DNA from: Candidatus Thorarchaeota archaeon
GTDB lineage: Archaea; Asgardarchaeota; Thorarchaeia; Thorarchaeales; Thorarchaeaceae
Length of the DNA stretch: 18,404 bases
Assembly (NCBI GenBank): GCA_048882325.1
Contig: JBHLRS010000053.1
Span: 1-18,404, forward strand
Direction of reading: 5' to 3'
Under the pieces are notes generated by a model, which was given only the letters and a program-made list of their open reading frames with translations, did no database searches and was not told the origin of the DNA. Made by a program: the position numbers and the translations under genes. The first letter of the stretch is position 1, and the number at the start of each line of letters is the position of its first letter. Below are positions 1 to 8,995 of the stretch, piece by piece.

Positions 1-554
1 GAAATAGAACCCCCATATTCATCATTCCGTTGGTTAGTATATGGTGATAGGAACCGGCTTAATAGACTCCCATGGGCTGCATGGAGCTGAACTCCATCAA
101 AACCTGAGTACATCATGTCCGCTATTGCTTCCACGTATTGATGTACGATGTCACTTATTTGATCATCTGACAGAGGTATGAACTTTCTACCTGAAAACGG
201 GGAAATGTAATCAGAGGGCTTCGCATTCAAGTTGCCATCTTCGATTTGAGCAACTATTGGGCATTCGGCTGATGAATGCACTGCTTTTGCAATACCCTCT
301 ATTCCCGTAACTCGTAGCTCCTTGTATCCACGAATTGTGCCTCCGGGAATTTCGTCAAAGGCTGGGAAACCACCAGTGATGATTAAGCCAACTCCTCCCA
401 GGGCTAGTTCCTCATACCTTTTGAGCACTTCTCTCGACATCTGTCTAGTCTTCAGGATTGATGGTTCCCAAGTGGCTGATCTCACTAGACGATTGTCCAA
501 AGAGAGACCTGCGATAGTTCCTTCTGAAAAGACCTTGTAGTCATCCCTTTTCAT
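1..554 (-). CDS. NADH:flavin oxidoreductase / Old Yellow Enzyme family (5' part; runs off the window start)
   Basis: Absent from the ORF track. Manual translation from ATG at 554 gives MKRDDYKVFSEGTIAGLSLDNRLVRSATWE...ALGGVGLIITG...GFDGVQLHAAHGSLLSRFLSPYTNQRNDEYGGS, which carries the OYE signatures NRLV, GFDGVQLHxAHG and FLSPxxNxRxDEYGGS. Confidence 0.95.
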   Translation of the reverse strand, partial: MKRDDYKVFSEGTIAGLSLDNRLVRSATWEPSILKTRQMSREVLKRYEELALGGVGLIITGGFPAFDEIPGGTIRGYKELRVTGIEGIAKAVHSSAECPIVAQIEDGNLNAKPSDYISPFSGRKFIPLSDDQISDIVHQYVEAIADMMYSGFDGVQLHAAHGSLLSRFLSPYTNQRNDEYGGSI

Positions 555-797
555 TGTTGGAACTCCGTTGAGTTGCGTTGTTCAAATCTAGAGTGTGGTG
601 AATACTCAAAAGAATCACAATTAAATCCGATGAACAGAGTACAATATCCACGAGTGAGGCCTATTGACTATCTATTTACTTCGTTCTAGGAATGGTTCAC
701 ATCAATGATATTCCAACACTTTATCAGCGCAACAAACAGATAATTCATGAATAATATAGAACGTCGCGATGGATGTTCGTTCCGCGAAGGGGAGAAA

Positions 798-1580
798 TTG
801 AAAACTGAGTTGACGAAATATGTAGCCTTGCTGCTTGGTCTAGTACTCATATCTACATCATTTCAGCAAGCAACAGCGGACATTGTGTGGGAAGATGATT
901 TCGACGATGGGAATTACAATGGATGGATAGTGATTGAAGGTAACTGGAATGCTACCGAGGGGTACTTGGAAGCAACTCCTGATTATAGTGAAGACCAAAG
1001 AATCTGGCACCCTAGTTCGCAGGTTGTGGGTAACTGGAGTTTTGACGTGTATCTACCTTCGTATCCGCCTTGGAATCCAGATTCCACGACAACGTCGCCG
1101 ACGACAATAACAGAGTATCATCCTGATCTCCATGTCATGTTCATGGGATATGGTAGCATGGATTTGTATTATGGATATGGAGTCAAATTTAGGAGGTCTT
1201 ACATCTTTCTCGTGACGCAAGCTGGCGAGGCGGAATCTAGGCAAATTTTGGCGCAATTCTATGCTGGCTTTGATTCTGACGCAAACACATGGACCCACAT
1301 CGATATTACTAGAAATTCGAATGGTATAATGAATGTCTTCATCAATAAAACAGGTCGGGATGCTGAGCCTGTTGTCAGTACTATACATACAGGATTTAAC
1401 CACTCAGAGAGATTCTTGGTGGATGCTTGGAAGGGCAGTTATCGAATTGACAATGTTACAGTTTCTGATGGACCAGGTACTGGAACCAGACCTCCCACAG
1501 ACACAATTCTACTTATTGCCAGTGCAGGGGCTGCAGGAGTGGTTATAGTCGCTTTGGTGTTCTTCACTAAAAGACGTTGA
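798..1580 (+). CDS. Secreted, C-terminally membrane-anchored protein with a concanavalin A/LamG-like beta-sandwich
   Basis: ORF 747..1580; the likelier start is TTG at 798 after GGGGAG. Signal peptide ends ATA-D, followed by WEDDFDDGNYNGW, WTHIDITR..G...VFIN and IDNVTV (lectin/glucanase-like pattern). It has an internal P/T-rich insert and a C-terminal TM helix plus KRR. Confidence 0.75.
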   Translation: MKTELTKYVALLLGLVLISTSFQQATADIVWEDDFDDGNYNGWIVIEGNWNATEGYLEATPDYSEDQRIWHPSSQVVGNWSFDVYLPSYPPWNPDSTTTSPTTITEYHPDLHVMFMGYGSMDLYYGYGVKFRRSYIFLVTQAGEAESRQILAQFYAGFDSDANTWTHIDITRNSNGIMNVFINKTGRDAEPVVSTIHTGFNHSERFLVDAWKGSYRIDNVTVSDGPGTGTRPPTDTILLIASAGAAGVVIVALVFFTKRR

Positions 1581-1684
1581 TGAATACGCAAGACTAGGAT
1601 GAGACTGCCTTCCCTCATTAGTGAGTGACTGCTTGATAATCGGTATCTCAAATAACTGGGGCACAGGTCAATCAACTGAAAGGA

Positions 1685-2152
1685 TTATGGACTAAGCCCT
1701 GAATTTTGGAGGGGAATACTTGATTCATGATTCCTACTGTCTATTCGATATTGGAAAATAGCCAGTCCAAGTAATAGATAACCACAAACAACGCCCAGGA
1801 CGTTGTGCCATTCGATTATGACATAAGGTGAGGGAGGATGTTGCATGAACATAACAACTGCAATGAAACCTCCGATAAAGAAAGAGATTACCGATCCTGC
1901 AGCGTACAAACAGCTTCTGGTTGATCCTTTCAGAGGGATGGCGAGTGCTATCAGGACCAGCACCGATAAAATCTGTCCGATGAAATCAGCATACCCTAAC
2001 ACAAGATAGATTGAATTCTGCAAACAATACCACGACCAGTCATACATGACCTCTTCTGACAAAAACATATGCTTCTCCATATTATCGTGCATTGCGATGC
2101 CATAGATAATAGTACTTAACATCAGGATGCTGCATTGATTATTAATGAACAT
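1685..2152 (-). CDS. Hypothetical membrane protein (about 3 TM helices); start uncertain, may be a fragment
   Basis: 155 aa ORF with three hydrophobic segments in the C-terminal two-thirds. The N-terminus overlaps the ada start and upstream region, so the real start is probably further downstream. Confidence 0.45.
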   Translation of the reverse strand: MFINNQCSILMLSTIIYGIAMHDNMEKHMFLSEEVMYDWSWYCLQNSIYLVLGYADFIGQILSVLVLIALAIPLKGSTRSCLYAAGSVISFFIGGFIAVVMFMQHPPSPYVIIEWHNVLGVVCGYLLLGLAIFQYRIDSRNHESSIPLQNSGLSP

Positions 2153-3170
2153 CAGTCAAGCAATCAAACTACTTCCGAAGGCTGAGTTGCACATCCATAT
2201 TCTTGGAGCAATACGCCCCAAAAGACTACTCTCATTAATTCAGGATGATGACCGAGGTTCAAACTATAGAACATTGGAAGATATCAGTCGACTATTTCAG
2301 TTTCGAACATTTAGGCATTTCATTCTGACCTATGCTGAGGTGGTTGACTATGTTACTCAGGAGAACCAGCTTGAGCAGATCACGTTTGATATGCTTGAGG
2401 ATTGCGCCAACTGCAACACCCGATATGTTGAGGCAAGCTTCTCAGCCATTGACCACATCCAGAGGGGACTAGGCTATGAGGAGATGCTTGATGCCATCAA
2501 TAGGGGTATACGCAAAGCGACCCGTAGGTTTGGGATAGAATGTAACATCAGAATAGACCTTGTCCGTAATGAAGGACCAGGCGGTTCCATGAGAGTCCTC
2601 GACCTGATAGAAGCGAAATCTGACAACATCATCTCAGTTGACATAGGAGGAAGCGAAGACCTTTATCCGCCAAAGCCATTTGCGAAGGCTTTTCATCGTG
2701 CCAGGAAACTCGGCCTCCACACAGTAGCGCATGCAGGAGAGGCCGCGGGACCACAATCCGTTTGGGACGCTATCAGATATTTGAGGGTTGAACGTGTTGG
2801 ACATGCGGTTTCAGCAATTAGGGATATGAAACTCCTTGGACTGATGAAGAAAGATGGTATTGGAATCGAGTCATGCCCTGTGAGTAACGTGAGGACTGGA
2901 GCTGTACAAGCGCTGAAGGACCATCCGATAAAGGAGTTCTATAATCAAGGGCTCTTAGTATCAGCCAATAGTGATGACCCAACATTCTTCCAGACGGACC
3001 TGAACAACGAGTACATGCAGCTCAATCAAGAGACGGGATTCTCATTGTCAGACCTGTTTCAGCTGTCTATGAATGCAATTGATATGTCGTTCCTGTCAGA
3101 GGAGAAAAAGGCGAGGATGCACGATTCGTTTGCAAAGGAATCTGCCAAGATCCTCGATTCACTTGACTGA
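2145..3170 (+). CDS. add: Adenosine/adenine deaminase (amidohydrolase superfamily)
   Basis: LPKAELHIHILG (HxH), HAGE, ERVGH, CPVSN and NSDDP motifs; 341 aa. Confidence 0.93.
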   Translation: MNISQAIKLLPKAELHIHILGAIRPKRLLSLIQDDDRGSNYRTLEDISRLFQFRTFRHFILTYAEVVDYVTQENQLEQITFDMLEDCANCNTRYVEASFSAIDHIQRGLGYEEMLDAINRGIRKATRRFGIECNIRIDLVRNEGPGGSMRVLDLIEAKSDNIISVDIGGSEDLYPPKPFAKAFHRARKLGLHTVAHAGEAAGPQSVWDAIRYLRVERVGHAVSAIRDMKLLGLMKKDGIGIESCPVSNVRTGAVQALKDHPIKEFYNQGLLVSANSDDPTFFQTDLNNEYMQLNQETGFSLSDLFQLSMNAIDMSFLSEEKKARMHDSFAKESAKILDSLD

Positions 3171-3344
3171 TATCAACGCTTTCGGAGATGAGGATACAGA
3201 AAATCTGCAACGCTCATGGATATCTATTACGTGTGCAAACCAGTTCTACTACGAATTCAATATGTCAGAGGATGCATTGATAACCTCTCAAACCAATATC
3301 CATTTCAAGGGATTCTGCAAGACAAACAAAAGGTGTGTTGAATA

Positions 3345-3563
3345 ATGGGAAAGAAAGGAGTTGCAGCTGGTATTCTGACGTTCCTAGTGGGTCTGCTACT
3401 TGTCATTGATGATCTTCACGACTTTGTGACGGTTCCAGATTTTCTTCACTTTTTACCTGACTTTGATCCCTATTTCGTGTTCGGATTCCAGGTGCACCAT
3501 CTCTACATTGGTATCATAATCCTACTCATTGGGTTGTATATTGCAATGAGGTATGATGAGTAG
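3345..3563 (+). CDS. Small two-TM membrane protein with DDxHD and HHLYIG motifs
   Basis: 72 aa, GGTG-type RBS upstream, two hydrophobic helices, converges neatly on the VOC gene. Confidence 0.75.
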   Translation: MGKKGVAAGILTFLVGLLLVIDDLHDFVTVPDFLHFLPDFDPYFVFGFQVHHLYIGIIILLIGLYIAMRYDE

Positions 3564-3575
3564 TAGGTCCAGACC

Positions 3576-3992
3576 CTACTTCTCATTCTTCACGCGAGGT
3601 TCGGCAACGACCTGAATTGGATTACCCTCAGTGTCCTTCATGTTGAAGTAGGAAACCATGTCAGGAATGTCTGTGATGTCAGATGTGTCGATATTCTTAC
3701 TGGCTAGGTACTTCTTGCATGCATCGAGGTCCTCAACGTCTATAGTGAGTGTCCCTGAACCCTGACGAACCTCACCCTCTTGTAACAGATTAATACCCAG
3801 TCGGGCCCCTTCAGCAGGGAGTGCAAACTCAGCCCATCCGACCTCAGCTCCACCGTCCCACTTGATCTCGAAGCCCATGACCTCTGAGTAGAACTTCTTA
3901 GCACGGTCAAAGTCCTTTACTTGGTACTGAAAATACACAGACCCTTTTCTATAGGGCATTGGCCATTTCTTATCTCCCATAGTTAACACCAC
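3576..3992 (-). CDS. VOC / glyoxalase-bleomycin resistance family protein
   Basis: VKDFDRAKKFYSEVMGF, TIDVEDLDAC and FNMKDTEGNPIQV are typical VOC beta-alpha-beta-beta-beta motifs. The start may be GTG 3992 or ATG 3980. Confidence 0.92.
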   Translation of the reverse strand: MVLTMGDKKWPMPYRKGSVYFQYQVKDFDRAKKFYSEVMGFEIKWDGGAEVGWAEFALPAEGARLGINLLQEGEVRQGSGTLTIDVEDLDACKKYLASKNIDTSDITDIPDMVSYFNMKDTEGNPIQVVAEPRVKNEK

Positions 3993-4089
3993 GCGAATAC
4001 CAAATCAATTGTATTTAACAATTGTGAATAAGTAATATGGAAACCTGAGTAGCTTTATGAGGGTTCTTGCACATATCAGATAGTGTACG

Positions 4090-6777
4090 ATGGGAGTGCT
4101 CATTGAGGTGCTAAATAGAAGAAGATTAGCGATAGGTCTTGTTCTAGTGCTCACCATAACAATAATCGTGACAGCGGATAGGGAAGATAGCTCAACCTCA
4201 CCAATAGTGTCAAGGGTGGTTGAAGATAATATTGAGCAGTATTCTCCTCTGATTATGGCTGACGATGCTTCACTCCTCAATTTCTCATCGTATATTGGAG
4301 GAAATAGTGACGACGACTACATATCGGTCGACTGTGATGGTGAGGGAAATATCTACATCGCACTCGGAACATATTCGAGGGACCTGCCACTTGTCAATCC
4401 GTTTGATGGAAACTTCGATGGTCATGGTTCTGAGGGGTATGTAGCAAAAATAGACACTAATGGCACCATCATCTATGCCACCTATCTTGGAGGGTTCAGT
4501 TCAGACGAAATCTATGACATCTTTGTTGATGATGCAGGGTTTGCATATGTCACAGGTATGACAAGTTCAGATGATTTCCCAACTGTGAATGCTGCAGATG
4601 ATACCCTTGATGGTTCCAACTGTTTTGTGAGCAAGATAAACAAGGCAGGTGATGCTCTTGTTTATTCAACCTTCATTGGTGGTTCTGGAAGCGAGTTTCC
4701 GAGTGCTATCTGGGTTAACGATCAAGGAGAAGCATATGTTGCAGGACAGACATGGTCATATGATTTTCCAACGAGAAGCCCCTATGATGGCACACTAGAC
4801 GGGGACAATGATTGTTTTGTGTCAAAGTTAAGTTCGGGAGGAAATACACTACTATACTCCACGCTGATTGGAGGAGAATTCTGGGAAGAGGCTTTAGGCA
4901 TTGCGGTTGATGTAGAAGGAGCAATCTACATCACAGGCTACACAGAATCACCTGACTTCCCAACTGTGAACGCTCGTGACAATATGAAAGGTGGTCCCGA
5001 GGATGCTTTTGTTGTCAAGATTAATCCAGATGGCGCTTCCTTGAATTACTCGACGTTTCTAGGAGGTAGTGATTATGACAGAGGTGAAGCCATTGGTGTT
5101 GATTCACTTGGACGAGCCTATATCGTGGGATCGACCTTTTCATCTAATTTCCCCACTGTTAGACCCCTGGATAGTACGTATGCAGGCTCTTTGGATTGTT
5201 TTGTGAGTGTATGCAATCCAGATGGACAGTCATTGAATTTCTCCACCTACTTAGGAACATCAGATGGGGAGGAGGCACTGGACATTGTTGTCACCGATAT
5301 TGGGAGCATATACGTATGTGGAAGGTCTATCGCCTTTTCAAGAGTTATCAAGGACTCCTATGACTCTGGTTTCAATGGAGGGGCAGATGCTTTCGTCTTC
5401 AGAATGGACACTGACCGGAGAGTATTCCTCTTGGGTACATACATAGGAGGTTCGGCACTCGATACCGGAGAGAAACTGGCTGTTGGAAATGATGGTCGCA
5501 TGTATGTGTGTGGTCGAACCTTCTCGACTAACCTCCCCTTGATGAACCCCATTGATTCCACATATGACGACGGCGGTCAGAGCGGAGTGGATGCCTTTGT
5601 ATCGGTGATTTCTGACAGTTCAGATTGGGACTTGGATAATATCCGCGATGCTGTGGAATATGAACTTGGTACAGACCCGAGGAATCCTGATTCTGACTTT
5701 GATCTCTTGAACGATTATCTTGAGGTCTATCAGTTGGGTACAAACCCCCTTACTAACTGCACGTACGCAAATGGGACACTGGATGGAGACCTCGACCATG
5801 ACGGTGATGACTTGACTAACGTGGAGGAGCTCTACGAGTATGGCACCGATCTACTTGACCCGGACTCGGATTCAGATCTTCTGGAAGATGGATTTGAAGT
5901 CCATGTAGTAGGTTCGCTGCCAACAGAGTACGACAGCGATTTTGACTCTCTGTCAGACTGGACTGAGTACATGGTCTACCACACCGACTGTATGTCTGAG
6001 GACACAGATGAAGATTATATGACGGATGACTATGAGGTGCTTTGCGGTCTCGATCCACTTGTGAATGACGGAAGTGGTGACCTGGACGGAGACTCCCTAA
6101 CCAACTTTGAGGAGTTTGTTATCGGGACTCTTGCCAACAGTACAGATTCGGACTCAGACCTTATGCCAGATGCATGGGAAGTCGCTTGCCCACACCTCGA
6201 CCCACTGGTCAATGATGCCAATGGTGACATTGACAATGATGATCTCAGTAATCTGGGAGAGTATTTCATGGGATGCAATCCGATGGACAGAGACACTGAT
6301 CGGGACACCCTTGAGGACGGCTTTGAGGTGCATGTGTTAGGGACTGACCCCACAGATCCTGATACCGACATGGATACCATGCCAGATAACTGGGAGTACG
6401 AATTTGGATTGAACCCCCTCCTGGATGACTCTCAGGACGATTTAGATGGTGATGAGTTGTCGAACTTGAGAGAGTATGAACTAGGTACGAGACCCGACAT
6501 GGTAGATTCAGATTCGGACTCGTATTCGGACAGCTGGGAAGTCAAGAATGGCTTTGACCCAACTGACTCGTATATACCTCTCGCACAGGCGGTCTTCTCA
6601 AAGTTACCTGCAATACTGGTCCTTATCGCAATACCATTGACGCTTCCGGGGTTCTATTCCATTGGTCAGCGAATGCGAAAGAAAGAGGAGCTGGAGAAAA
6701 AGAAAGAAACTTCTAAGGAGATAGATAACCTCTTGGCTTCAATGACCGAAACCCAAGAGTCTAAAGATGAGTCTTAA
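4090..6777 (+). CDS. Cell-surface protein: SBBP beta-propeller repeats, Asp-rich Ca-binding (TSP3-like) repeats and a C-terminal TM anchor
   Basis: N-terminal signal/TM; about 7 repeats of YSTxxGGSxxD...I.VD..G..YVxGxTxSxDFPT...D..L.G..D.FV.K; then many DxDxDxLxDxxE..xGTDP repeats; TM helix near aa 840-860 and a charged tail. Confidence 0.9.
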   Translation: MGVLIEVLNRRRLAIGLVLVLTITIIVTADREDSSTSPIVSRVVEDNIEQYSPLIMADDASLLNFSSYIGGNSDDDYISVDCDGEGNIYIALGTYSRDLPLVNPFDGNFDGHGSEGYVAKIDTNGTIIYATYLGGFSSDEIYDIFVDDAGFAYVTGMTSSDDFPTVNAADDTLDGSNCFVSKINKAGDALVYSTFIGGSGSEFPSAIWVNDQGEAYVAGQTWSYDFPTRSPYDGTLDGDNDCFVSKLSSGGNTLLYSTLIGGEFWEEALGIAVDVEGAIYITGYTESPDFPTVNARDNMKGGPEDAFVVKINPDGASLNYSTFLGGSDYDRGEAIGVDSLGRAYIVGSTFSSNFPTVRPLDSTYAGSLDCFVSVCNPDGQSLNFSTYLGTSDGEEALDIVVTDIGSIYVCGRSIAFSRVIKDSYDSGFNGGADAFVFRMDTDRRVFLLGTYIGGSALDTGEKLAVGNDGRMYVCGRTFSTNLPLMNPIDSTYDDGGQSGVDAFVSVISDSSDWDLDNIRDAVEYELGTDPRNPDSDFDLLNDYLEVYQLGTNPLTNCTYANGTLDGDLDHDGDDLTNVEELYEYGTDLLDPDSDSDLLEDGFEVHVVGSLPTEYDSDFDSLSDWTEYMVYHTDCMSEDTDEDYMTDDYEVLCGLDPLVNDGSGDLDGDSLTNFEEFVIGTLANSTDSDSDLMPDAWEVACPHLDPLVNDANGDIDNDDLSNLGEYFMGCNPMDRDTDRDTLEDGFEVHVLGTDPTDPDTDMDTMPDNWEYEFGLNPLLDDSQDDLDGDELSNLREYELGTRPDMVDSDSDSYSDSWEVKNGFDPTDSYIPLAQAVFSKLPAILVLIAIPLTLPGFYSIGQRMRKKEELEKKKETSKEIDNLLASMTETQESKDES

Positions 6778-7706
6778 CCCTGAAGAGATGCTAATGCAAT
6801 CAGTGGGAATAGAATTGTGGCATCACCGATGACGGTTTCAAAGTTGGCTTCTTTCTGCATCTTTTGCCAGGATACTCCTTCCACGAGAGGAGCACCACCC
6901 AGACTACCACCCTCAGGTCTGTCAAGTGTTATTTGAACAGCCATATCGAGACCGCCTCTTAGAATTGTGGACCCCATGGTGAAGTGTTTCGTGAGCCCTC
7001 CGCCAAGCATGATTGCTCCTGTTTTTCTCTGGTCTGTGACTATCTTACCGAGGATTCTAAGGTCTTTCACAAAATCAAGCGCAAGCTTCTTTGTCGTACT
7101 GTAGGTGTAGAGATGAAAACCTAGCATCGAGTCCATCAGACCAGGTGAGAATATTGGAACATTGTGGATAGCCGCTTGTTTGACAATGGAGTCATCATCT
7201 TCCAGTGTCCTACCAAGCTCATTGAGAAACTCGCTTGGAGCTAGGGTTGTCAATTTCTCCTCGGAGAGGTCATCTAAGAACCTGTAGACACCTTTCTCAA
7301 GGAGCTCGAAGTCTTTTTCATGCACGAAAATGTCAGCTATTCTTCCCATGCCAGCCTCACGCAGTTCAGCATCATCCTTTGCTAGCGGGACTCTGAAGTG
7401 ATTGCCGCCATATGCCTCCACAAGGTCATGAACGATGTTCGCCCCGCTGGTCACAATCGCTTGAATATGACCGTTCTCCACCAGATGACGGACAACGTTT
7501 CTAAGACCACCAGGGATCATAGGCCCAGACATCGAGAGGAAGGTAAAGCAGTCCCTATCGCCAAACATCCGTTTGACAATTGTGGTAGCTCTACCGAGTC
7601 GTCCTGCTCCAAGGACACCCACCTTCTCCATAGCCTCGATAAACTCTGAGATATTTTTCACCTTGGCTGGATTCACATGATTGACCTTGTCCAATATAGT
7701 CACCAC
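6774..7706 (-). CDS. dys: Deoxyhypusine synthase (aIF5A hypusination)
   Basis: SGPMIPGGLR, VTSGANIVHD, RIADIFV, DSMLG, LGGGLTKH, GGSLGGAPLVEGVSWQK (catalytic Lys motif) and GDATI. Confidence 0.96.
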   Translation of the reverse strand: MVTILDKVNHVNPAKVKNISEFIEAMEKVGVLGAGRLGRATTIVKRMFGDRDCFTFLSMSGPMIPGGLRNVVRHLVENGHIQAIVTSGANIVHDLVEAYGGNHFRVPLAKDDAELREAGMGRIADIFVHEKDFELLEKGVYRFLDDLSEEKLTTLAPSEFLNELGRTLEDDDSIVKQAAIHNVPIFSPGLMDSMLGFHLYTYSTTKKLALDFVKDLRILGKIVTDQRKTGAIMLGGGLTKHFTMGSTILRGGLDMAVQITLDRPEGGSLGGAPLVEGVSWQKMQKEANFETVIGDATILFPLIALASLQG

Positions 7707-7728
7707 CAGCGAACGCCTTGCTAATTGT

Positions 7729-7734
7729 GATAAG
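7729..7734 (-). promoter_or_regulatory. Putative TATA-like box for dys
   Basis: CTTATC on the minus strand about 23 nt upstream of the GTG start. It resembles CTTATATC before rpl35Ae and TTTTATC before the C/D sRNA. Confidence 0.4.
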
Positions 7735-7745
7735 TCATTCTGTAA

Positions 7746-7910
7746 GGAAAAAGAGAAAGAAACGAGTCCAGATCCTTTTCCGGGAGGGCATGACCTGGAC
7801 CCGTAAACCCAGAACGAATTCTATGTCTTCCATGATAGAAAAAGGGTTCAGCCTTTCCACACTCTGATGTGCAGTCTGATGTATGATTGTATAGTGGGGA
7901 GAGGACCGAA
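7746..7910 (-). ncRNA. Candidate three-hairpin structured RNA (unknown family; strand not certain)
   Basis: Three back-to-back hairpins (7763-7803, 7805-7849, 7852-7904). On the minus strand TTTAAA (7934-7939) lies upstream and a U-rich tract (7746-7762) follows the last hairpin. Confidence 0.5.
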
Positions 7911-7933
7911 AGTAATCAGCGTTCTTCAATATG

Positions 7934-7939
7934 TTTAAA
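7934..7939. promoter_or_regulatory. Palindromic TATA box (TTTAAA), possibly bidirectional
   Basis: About 24 nt before ATG 7963 on plus (leaderless spacing) and about 25-30 nt before the first minus-strand hairpin. Confidence 0.55.
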
Positions 7940-7962
7940 CGGTCAGACCCAACGCTTGCCTT

Positions 7963-8595
7963 ATGCAGATAGTTCCTCTCAGCGTTCTAACCCTACTAAT
8001 ATTCGCGCAAGCGATGTTCATGCAAGCAGCATGGTTCATCGTGAGTAGACGGGCGAGGGATATCTACCTTGGAGACCTCATGAATTTCCGGACTCCAAAA
8101 TCAATTTTCTCAAGATACTACCATTGGAGAGTAACGAGGTTTCGAAATGGACTGATAGAAACTGTTGTGTATGAGATCATCTTACTCGCTTCACTACTCG
8201 CGATATCTTTAGCGTTATTCGACTTCACTGCATTCTTAGAGGCCAGTCTAATTGTTGCGTTCGTAGTGTTCCTATCTCTCGTGAGTTCGGTCCAGATGGC
8301 GCTAAGAGGCAGGGAAATCAATCAACGTGAGCGCCAACTGCTATCCATGATAGGCACAGAGATCGACAAGGTTGGTTTAGTAAGACAGATGGTCGATGAC
8401 CTCATTGCGCAAGGGCAGATGGGAGATGGAAGGGTGTGGTTTGCTCTGTATAGGCTCGCACAGAGGCCAAACCAGGTTGGATGGGCTATCAGGGATGTGC
8501 TGATAGAGAAAGCTAGAGAGATGGATGAAAAGTTCCGGTACTCCAGTATTGAGCGAGAGCCAACCTCGTCTGAAAAGGAACCAGGAATTGAATGA
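7963..8595 (+). CDS. Hypothetical membrane protein (3 TM helices plus a soluble helical C-terminal domain)
   Basis: 210 aa clean ORF with hydrophobic segments near aa 5-27, 65-90 and 93-113, and a TATA box upstream. Family not recognised. Confidence 0.8.
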   Translation: MQIVPLSVLTLLIFAQAMFMQAAWFIVSRRARDIYLGDLMNFRTPKSIFSRYYHWRVTRFRNGLIETVVYEIILLASLLAISLALFDFTAFLEASLIVAFVVFLSLVSSVQMALRGREINQRERQLLSMIGTEIDKVGLVRQMVDDLIAQGQMGDGRVWFALYRLAQRPNQVGWAIRDVLIEKAREMDEKFRYSSIEREPTSSEKEPGIE

Positions 8596-8668
8596 CAGAG
8601 TCTATTCAGTAAGTCTTATATCCGATTCCAAGGGGCGTTGACGAGAATTCCACAGGGAGGAACTCTGT

Positions 8669-8953
8669 ATGTCAAAGAGTGACGTTCTGAAAGGCCGCAG
8701 AGGCGTTGTCACAAGTTATCGTAGGGGTAAGCACCTACAGCATCCAAATCAAGTGATTTTACTGTTTGACGAGATCAAGACAAGATCAGAAGCAGCGGCA
8801 CTTGTTGGTAGAAAGGTGAAATGGAGCTCACCTCAGGAGAAGGAGTTCCTTGGGAAGGTGCTTGGTCCACATGGAAACAGTGGTGCAGTGAGAGCAAAGT
8901 TCCGAACAAACCTTCCTGGTCAAGCTATTGGCACACCGGTTGTTCTACTATAG
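8669..8953 (+). CDS. rpl35ae: 50S ribosomal protein L35Ae (eL33)
   Basis: GVVTSYRRG...Q.PNQVIL, EAAALVGRKV.W and GKVLGPHGNSGAVRAKF..NLPGQAIG; GGAGG RBS; CTTATATC TATA box near 8616. Confidence 0.97.
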   Translation: MSKSDVLKGRRGVVTSYRRGKHLQHPNQVILLFDEIKTRSEAAALVGRKVKWSSPQEKEFLGKVLGPHGNSGAVRAKFRTNLPGQAIGTPVVLL

Positions 8954-8965
8954 ACAATCACGAAG

Positions 8966-8972
8966 TTTTATC
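8966..8972 (+). promoter_or_regulatory. Putative TATA box for the C/D sRNA
   Basis: TTTTATC preceded by CGAAG (BRE-like), about 24 nt before the sRNA terminal stem at 8996. Confidence 0.5.
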
Positions 8973-8995
8973 TTGTAATCATTGGATGCCTAATC

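Noticed and set aside
322-540. 72 aa plus-strand ORF
   Set aside because: Antisense shadow of the OYE gene, which has clear motifs on the minus strand.
5620-6570. Repetitive DNA in the surface protein gene as a CRISPR array or tandem repeat
   Set aside because: The repeats are degenerate at DNA level and in frame; they are protein repeats.
7790-7820. Possible SECIS-like ATGA...AAA...GA
   Set aside because: Only a 4 bp helix would form, and no neighbouring gene shows an in-frame UGA readthrough signature.
7831-7909. Possible second C/D sRNA on the plus strand (ATGATAG, CTGA, ATGATTG, CCGA)
   Set aside because: Boxes are degenerate, spacing is irregular, there is no terminal stem and I recognise no rRNA or tRNA complement.
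7735-7929. 64 aa minus-strand ORF upstream of dhs, as a leader peptide
   Set aside because: The TTG start is only about 5 nt from the TATA box, there is no RBS or recognisable motif, and the Phe-rich end is just the U-tract. An RNA structure explains the region better, though a 32 aa uORF from MEDIEF cannot be fully excluded.
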